Virus record (IMG/VR): IMGVR_UViG_3300030085_001554
Coordinates: 1-60,508 of that record
Direction: 5' to 3' (one strand)
Origin: a virus
Lineage: Duplodnaviria; Caudoviricetes
Length of the DNA: 60,508 nt
The notes beneath the pieces were generated by a model, which was given only the letters and a program-made list of their open reading frames with translations, did no database searches and was not told the origin of the DNA. Each line of letters opens with the position of its first letter. Within the stretch, counting starts at the first letter, position 1. A program made the translations under genes and the position numbers. Positions 8,742 through 17,700 of the stretch are shown here, piece by piece.

Positions 8742-11700
8742 TTATTCGAAGAATCTGATTTTGTCTTCTACAGTTTTGGTGTCGGCAGTAGAGAAGCCGT
8801 AGATAATAGGCATCACTTTACCAACCTTACCCCAAAGCTTCCTGTCTCCTTCTTCTCCCCAGTAACTATCTCTCTGGTAGATGACTTCCTTCTCCAGCTT
8901 CTCGCTGACAGGAGCACCAACTGCTTGGCGCACATTGTAAGGAAGCTCTGCCAGAGCAAGGTGAGTTACAAGGTCCCAATACTTCTGTAGTCTGTTTGCC
9001 GCAGCCATGGGGGCAACAAACATTCTCAAGGCCTCACCTGGATTGATGTAACCTAACAGCTCAGTCTGCAATCTTCTAGCTTGGTAAGCTATGTATGCAG
9101 CTGCGTAGCTATCCTCGTCATCATCATCTAGTATGCTAGTGAGTGCACTGAATATGAGCATCACTGTTCCCAGTGCCCCCATCTCAGTGACTGCACGCTT
9201 GATGTTCATCTTGTCTACACTAGCAGTATTGTCCCAGACTTTGGAGAATTTGTACCCGTTCTCATGCCCAAGGCGCAGGAAGCTGCCTAGTGATATGTAC
9301 ATACCTCTGGTCACAGTACCAAGCTCTAAGTCTCTATGGTAGATGTCACCGTGTCCCCAACGTTTTCTCCAGCCTGGGATGAAGTAGTTCTTAAACAGCA
9401 TCAAGAAGGCACCGAACGGAGTTCTAGATAAGGTAGATGCATCGAAGTTACCCTTCACCTGGTTAGTACGCTTGTACAATCCACGCAGCTTAGCCATGAA
9501 GACAGACTCATTGAAGCCGCTCTTCTCCATGTCTACTCTAGGATCAAGCTCTACACCGTTCTTGGTCTCTACCATCAGGTCCCACAGGTTGGCGTCTTTG
9601 CCTTCTTCTGTTTGGATGACCTTACCGTTCTTGTCCACTAACTTTCCTTCGAGTGCTTTCATAGAGGCAAGCATTCTAACTGCTGCTGTCTCGTATTCTA
9701 CTGCACCCTGCAGAGCCAACAGATTACCTGTCTGGATTGCCTTCAAGAACTTATTGTTAGATGCATCTCTACCGAGAGAGTCTGTAGCTTCGACCAAAGC
9801 ATCGTAGTGCAACATTGCCTTACCTAGCTTGGAGGTAGCAGCAAACTTGCCGATGTCCCCAACTCCAGCACCTTCTTTGATAAACATGCCCTTGGCCCAC
9901 CGGAGGTCCTTGTTGTCAAAGAACTCTCCGGCAATAGCCTCTTCTCTTACCATCAAGTTGTCCAGAACAAACTGGTTACCTATCTGCAAGAAGTTGAAGC
10001 TCAAGCTACCAAGTGCAGCCATGGAGTTGATTGTCCCAACAAACTTGGTGGGGTCCATACCCAGGATCTTGTCTTCAATCTTCTTCTTGTGTATACCGTA
10101 GAAAGCACTGTCGATGAACTGCATCAAGTGATTAACAGTGTTGGATGCGTCACCTGGTGTGGTAGCCGTAGTGTCCACCGAGTACTTTTCGAACAAGTTC
10201 TTAAATCGCACAGCCTCTCTGTCCAAGAGCGTAGCACCTTGGTCATCCTTCTGTATAACACGTCTCTGCTTGTGCAGATCAGCCATTGCATTGACAAGAC
10301 CAACAAGCTTTGCCTTTTCAGCATACTGGTGTGACCTGTGAGAGAACATCAAGATGGAGGAGAGGATGTCCCTTGTCACTTCCTTCTCATCTACCGGGTT
10401 AGTGTAGTATCTAGGCAGGTATCTTTCAGACTTTCCTTCAAAGTCAACTGCCGCACCGTACATTTCTTGGTCAGTCTCTGTACGGACAAACGCATCCTTC
10501 GCCTCTACAATCACACCCTTCAGCCCAAGACGACCAATAGCCTCGACGTTAGACTGACGTACACTCGGGAGGATATACGAGAAGTTGTCCCACGGGTTCA
10601 TGTGCTGTGGGTTGTTCTGTCCGTATATCTGTTGCTTCTCTTTGTATGTCTCGAGCAAGAAGTTGTACATCTTCTTGAGCTCAGGTGTTCTCTGGATCTT
10701 CTTGTACTTCTCGCTTTGCCACTTCTCTTCGTTAGGCTTAGCCAGCTCTCCCATGTACGTCTGTGTAGACCGATCATATGAAGAGCGAATACGAATGTTC
10801 AAGTCGTTGATGTACTCCTGCAGGATAGCAGCCTCACCTGGTTTCTCAAAGTCTTCTGCAACTTTGCGCTGAGCAATCAATTCTTTCCGTTCGTTGGTAA
10901 GAGCTAATAGTTTAGCTGCTGCATTATCTACTTCAACAGTGTTCTCAGCAAACCAGGCAGCCTTTCTGCGGAAGTAGTTACGCCCCTTCTTGCTAAGTAT
11001 CCACTTCTGATACTCCTTTTTGCTCTTTTCGCTTTCAGGGTCGTAGTCAGGCCGCTCAGTATCTTTTGCCAGATTCTGCAAGAACGTCTGCATCTCGAGG
11101 TAGAACCCAGCAGTATTCGTAGGCTGCACCAGCGCAAGTTGTCTAAGAGATTCACCTTTGACGCCTCTAGACTTTACCTCTACGACTTCGATAAGATCCC
11201 CAAAGAATTTAGCCTTGTTGGTGTCGTCTCCCATGTAGTCTTTGAACTCTCTGTAGTACTCTGCTGCCTCGTTGATTACAGCTAACGACTTTCTGTTCGC
11301 CCCAAAGTTGCCTTCGTTGAGAGCCAGTGCAAACATCTGCAAGTTGGCTTCGCTAGAGTATACCATCGGGTCAAGCCACAAAGCAAAGGCACTCTTATCT
11401 GTGTGCGCGTCGGTGAGCTCCTTAATGATGTTGTCTCTGTTCAGCTTCTTTGCTTGAAGCTTCTCGATCTTTAACTCAATTACAGCTCTCTTCCACTCCT
11501 GCTTGGGGTCTAGGCCGTCAAACTCTGCAGTTTCTTCAATCTGTTTCTTTCTCTTTTTCAGTGCCTGGTAGTCAGGATCACGACTCATTCCACTCGTGTC
11601 CATGTTGGCACGAGTCGCTGCTATTACCTCATCGATCTTTGCGTTTATGTTCGGATCTATGTACGCAGCGTAAGCATCTGCAACAAGCGGAGCTATAGTC

Positions 11701-14700
11701 TCAATGTATTCCTCTTCTAAGTCTTGCAGTTCTGCAATAGACTTATTGAGGTCGTGCAATATCTGCTCACTGAACAGGTAGTCTGCGTTGCCGTCTTCCA
11801 GGTCTTGTCCAATGACATCTTGTACAGCTCTCTGCAGCTTGTCCACAAGAGAACGGCTACGGTCGGTTGGGCTAAAGAAGGTGTCAATAGTGTGCTTGAC
11901 TTGTCCGATTCTTTGAAGCATACCTAGTGCATCTTCTTTTGAAACAGGCTTGTCTTTTGCTTTCTGCAAGTCGTTGAACACAGCACGTGCGAGAGCCACC
12001 TGATCGTGCACGTAAGAGGCGAACGTCAAGAAGCCCTTGATGCTGTTCTTATTCTCACTAATCTCCTTCAGGGTGTTCTGTAACTGCTTGACCTTCAGGA
12101 CCTCTGCCTTAGTCTGCAGAGTAGAAGGCTTCCGCTTGATCATTCGGATCTGCTTCTCCAGGCTCTGGTACCCCTCTTCAAAGATGTCATCTAACCTTTC
12201 ATCAAGCTGCTTACTCTTTTGTACCCTAGGATTCCTCTTACCGGTGAGCACCATGGCTCTGATATCACCTGCGAACATCTTCTCTGCAAGGACCGCAGCT
12301 GCATCAGGAGTAATCCCAAACAGCTTTCCGATGGCACGCATGATGCGGTTAATCAAGATGCGGAGTTTGCTTGGGTTCTTGCGTTCGATTCGAGCTCCCT
12401 CTAATCCGACGGCAGTAACCAAGATCTCCTTGAGCATCCCAAACTCATCCAGCTTCTCGTTCTCGTACTCACGACGAATCATTGCAGCAAGGTCAGGTCT
12501 AGTCTTTTCAACCTGTGCAGCAAACTGACGTACGTCCTCTTCGGGGAGCATGTCAATTAGAATGTGACCAGCCTCGTGGTACACTGTATCCTCCGACATC
12601 TGAGCGGGGTCCAACGTGATAACCCCATTCTCGACCATACCCTTTGTCCCTGCAGGTAAGCTGGTCAGGACAACAGGGAGCTCTACTCCCGCAGCTGCAA
12701 AAGAACTAGTCAGTCTAGCAATCTTAGCTTCTGCTCCTATAGGAGTTTCAGCTACAGTAAGGTTGAGGAGAGACTTTTTCTTCGAAGGCAAAGCAAGACT
12801 GTCATCTGTAAGCTCTCCTAACTGCTCTTGTAAATCTTTTATTTGTGCCTCAACCTTTTGTTTTTGCTCGAACTTATTTCTCCCAAAGAACATGTCAAAA
12901 GCAATCTTATTTTGAAGACTAAATATCTTTTCTTCTAACTGCTTTATCGTTGGATTCCCTTCAGTTAAACCAGTGAGAGGATTTATTTTAGTAGTCTCTT
13001 CTTGGGAAAGGTCTGTCTTTGCTCCTGACGTTAGGTCACTAAGAGCACTCTTTCCCTTTTCCATTTCGCTGAGCTCACCAGAGAAATTATCAGCAGTTAA
13101 TTCTTCTGAGCCCAGTGCTTCTGCAACTTCTTCATTCTCTGTCTTTACCTGCTCAGCATCAACGTCATCTTTCTCAGGTGCATTGTTATCCTCAGACTTG
13201 AGCTTCTTCAATCCTCTGGTCTCAAACACCAGGCTCCCATCCATTGGCTCTCCTTCTTCGGTTCTAAGATTGTGTTCGTAGAATCGACCCTTTACAGAGC
13301 GTCGCTGCACTACTTCGAAGAGCACGTCTCCAACAGTACTATCACCTATAAACTTAGGAGTGGCCTTTACAATACCTACACCTCTGACATACATGTACTT
13401 AGGAGGTACACTTTTTGCGTCTTTGTCCCATCTAACAGTCTCCTCGTTAGCTATTCGCATAGGGATATTCACAAGACCTAAGTATCCTTTCCTGTACTCA
13501 GACAGAATAGTTTCTCCTGAGTAAGAGTAGGCTCCATAGTGCACCAAGAAGTCATCTTGAAACTCTACACCGAGCTCAGTTCTACCCATGCGCAGCTGTT
13601 CAATTTCTTGATTGTAGTGTTCGGTGACACCGATGTCTTCAAGGATGGACGGGGGCAGGACATTCATCATACTGCGAGGACCAGGACCAAAGCCAGTAGT
13701 CACGATAGCAGTAGTAAGAAGATCTCTAGCAAACTTGTTGGCATACGCTGCCTCTTCTTCGTTAAAGATTCCAGACAGATTGAAGTACAGCTCTTCCCAA
13801 CCTGCAATGATTGCGTTTTGCTGGCCCACGTCTCTAGACTGTCGGTTGTTGTACTCTACGTACACCATCCGCTTTCTGTCTTTCTTCTTCTTGGTGTTGT
13901 TGAACTCGTACTGCGCAGGCTCTAGCGAATCTATGAGTGCGTTGAACACCCCCTTGTCATCGAGAATGCTCTTGATGTTATCTAGCTGGGAGAGTATGCT
14001 ACCCTCTTCTTCTCCTTCTAACAACAGATCCTGTACAAGTGTCTTGTCCAAGAAGCCTTGCTCGTACAGAGGACTACCGGGCTTGGTGACAAGGTGATGG
14101 TTTACACCCATCAGTAGTGCCTTCTGCACACCCTCCCCAAATGGGGAGCCTTTACCCATGTTCATCACTGCCTTCCTGAACATCTGGTATCCAGGTTGAT
14201 TGGCTAGGAACCCAGCATCAGAAGCAAGTTCAAGTGCTTTTTGTATAGCTTCCCAATATGCTCTAGACGATCTGTATGCGTCTCCTTCTAAGATCTCAAG
14301 CAGTAGAGCTTTGCCTCCGTACACAGAACCACCTGCAGCCTTGGTCAAGTAGTAGTCTATCTTATCAAACTGCGCAAGATTCTGCGCGGTTGTACCAGAC
14401 TTGTCTATGGTAAATGGAGTAATTGCACTATACAGATTGTACAGGTCATTAGCCTCTCTGTTTATAAGCTGCAGTATTTGCAGCATACGGGCGTACTCTT
14501 TCTTGGTTGGGGTTTTATCCTCTACTAGGTATGCAGTAGTCTGCCTTCTCATCTCTTCGAAGTCAAGGACAACGTCTCCCAACGGCTTGGCGAACTTCAG
14601 TATTTTGTATTCAGTCCCACTAAGCAGAGACTTGGATATGCTCTGTCCGTTTTTCTTAGCCTTTTCCGTGACTGCTCGTACAACGGGGTGGTTGAGGTAC

Positions 14701-17700
14701 GTGCTTACCTGTCTAGGAGTCAGGCCTCTAGAGTAGAGGTACGTAGAAATTTTAGCTGTAAGCTCGCTGTCGTTGATAGCACGCTGCAATGGGTCTTTTA
14801 CAGAGTCCACTGCAGAACCCAAATGCAAAGACATGAAGTAGTCTGTAGGCCTCTTTGCTCCGGTAGCATCTTCGAAGAGTGCGTTCTGTTGCAGAGTAGA
14901 TGTAGTTACCGTGAAGGCGTCATCTTCAATGAAAGTCATCAGCTCTCCCTCGAGGAGCTCTTCTTCTACCTGAGACCCAAACAGAACGTTCCGACCAAGA
15001 ACTGCATCTGCCCAGATACCACGCAGTCTGTGCGAGAGCATGTTGTCTACCGTAGATTGTATTGCATCTACAGTGCTGAAGATGTCCAGCTCTTTGCTTT
15101 GGAACATAGCAGGAGCGTTGTCTCTTGCCACCTTCAGGTCGGGACCGTCCAGCGGAGTAACCACCTCATGCATGTGGTTAAGGTTAGATGCAACTGCTTC
15201 GAAGGTGTCAAAGAAGACATTGTTCAGCTGTGCATTGCTGAGCTCAGACATACCTTCTAAGTTATCTTTCAGCTCTCCGTAAGGAACTTGCACCTTCTCT
15301 CCGTTCTCTATCTCAGGGAAGAGGATAAACATCTTATCGATGTCAAAGTCAGAACCCATCATGGCGGTAATGCCAGGCGGTACACGGATAACTCCGTCGT
15401 GTGATCTTGGGAGCAGGTTTCGCACCTCCATAATCAACAGAGAAGACTTACCCTGTTGTGGAATACGGTAACCCATGATGCGTTTAAGACCTTCGTTGAT
15501 CTTGGACATGTCCCCAGTCTTTCTTGCCTCATCAATAACCTTGGGGTCAATGCCTGCGCGGACAAGGTATCCTGCCCCAACATCAACCTGTGCATGAGCA
15601 AGACGATTGTCCTTCACCTCCAAGAACTTGAGGTTCTCTTGCAGGCTAGCATCTGCCTCTATAGTTCCGAGGTCAGAGAATCTACCGCCGAGGTCTGCAA
15701 ACTGAACCATTTGCTGCCCCTTGACCCTCTGCTTGTAGACATCATTCTTGTAGATGCTGAAGATCAGCTGGTCAAACTTACTCTGCAGAGTTGGGTAACC
15801 GAATGGGAGTGACTCTAATGCTTCGAGCACACCTTCGTTAAATCCCTTCTCTCTTGCCAGAGACTCAAGCTTAGCTTTTACTTTGGGCAAGAACTCTTCA
15901 ATCGCCTTCTGCCGCTGAGCTTCATCCTTAGCTTCGAGAACTCTATCATACCCCAGCTCTTTGTGCACACCAGCCAGCGCTCTGTTAATCTTCTCGCTTA
16001 CAGCACTGTGGAAAATGTCTTGCAGCTGATTGCCTTTTACAGTCTCAGCAAAGTCCAGTCCTGCATTGTAGGTGTAGTCTAACTCCGCGAAGATGTTGGT
16101 AAGCATGTTCACCTTTGCCTGGTGACCAAGACCCAGCTCATCTTTAGATCCCTTAATCGGGACTTCTTCTGGGAAGCGCAGGAACTGTGAGTCCATCTCT
16201 GCTACGTTAAGGCCTGCAAACTGACCAGGGGTAGCTTCTGCTCCTGTCTTTACTTCGTAAGCAGGAACGACGGCAAGCTTCTGTGCAGATATTGCATGGA
16301 CAACTTCAATAGGTTCCATGCCTTCATAGAACTCTCCTCTTGCTTCCATACGGTTAAGAAGGTCCTGTAGCACAGGTATGCCTTCGACCAGCTCGTCTGT
16401 AAGAACTATGTACGAGGTCTTGTCAGAGTAGTTAACAATCAGGTCACTCCCTGCTTCATTCCTTTTTACTGGACCATCGTATGACGGCTTCATAGCAGAG
16501 ATTGGGACGCTGGGGTCCCAGATACCTTCCCCTATCTCAGCGGCCACGTATGCTCTATACACTTCTTCAAAGCTGGCATCAACCTCACCCTTACCCTGCA
16601 TAATCTCGTAGAAGTGCTTTGGAGATATAAACGCCTGTGCGTCAGTAGACTCCATACCCAAGTAGCCCGCTACAATTCTTTCAGCTGCAGCCTCACTGCC
16701 CAAGATCTTAGCGATGTTGGACTTATAGGCATCCAGCGTTTCAGGATCTAAGCTAACCAGAACGTCTCTGATTGTACTTGCGTTGAACCTTGGTGACAGT
16801 CCATACTCTGGGTTAGACGGGATGTCTCCTTTAAGGATGGGTTTACCACCTGGAGTGGTGATGAGCTGTGCTCTCTTGACGTAGTCCTTTCCGTCTTTGG
16901 TTACGTTCACACCTGCTCGGAACATAGACCGAGACAGAAGACGACCCATGTAGTCATACAACGCATAGTTTCTGACAAACTCTGTCGGCCTACCAAGTGC
17001 CTTGTTGTCTACGTTCTCAGCCAGAAATTTATATCCGGCACTCTTCAGGGGGAAGCTAACCTTACCCTTCTTTGTAACCTTACCTCCGATGCGGCGCGCC
17101 AGACGTACGAAGTTCTCTTCTATCGCAGCATCAACTTCTCCTACAAGTCCTTCAAACGCTGCTGTAAGCTCTTCATCTGTCTCAATCTCAGCGACCTTGT
17201 CTTTGGTGTAGTAGTAGTGAATGCCCTCAATAAGATCCTCCTCTTCCTGGTTCATGATGATACCGTCGGAGTCTACCTCTACAACTTTAGGAAGCACATT
17301 AAACTTATTCCAAGAGCCTGCAGAGAAGTCAGGAACTAACTCTCCTGTGTCCTCATCCTCTACCATATTATAGTGGTAGCCTTCTACAAGAATGCCCAAG
17401 CCTTCTCCTTCTACTGCAGCACTTATTTGCTCCCTGGCTTCTTGCATACGAATCAAGTCGAGAACAAGACCGTCACGCAGAGCAGGCTCAAACGTAGACA
17501 TCCCAAAGGCTCTGGATTGCTCCCTGCGCTCTAGCTTTGGGATAGGGATTAAGACCGGGCGCTTTCTGTCACCCGGCGTATCCATTGCTACAAAGGCCTC
17601 TTTCCTGCCGGTGTTGTAGAATGCATTCATTCTAGCTGCAAGAAGAGTCTCGAAGTTCATGGTCTCGACGACGTTATTCGTCATCTCATCTTCTTCCTGT

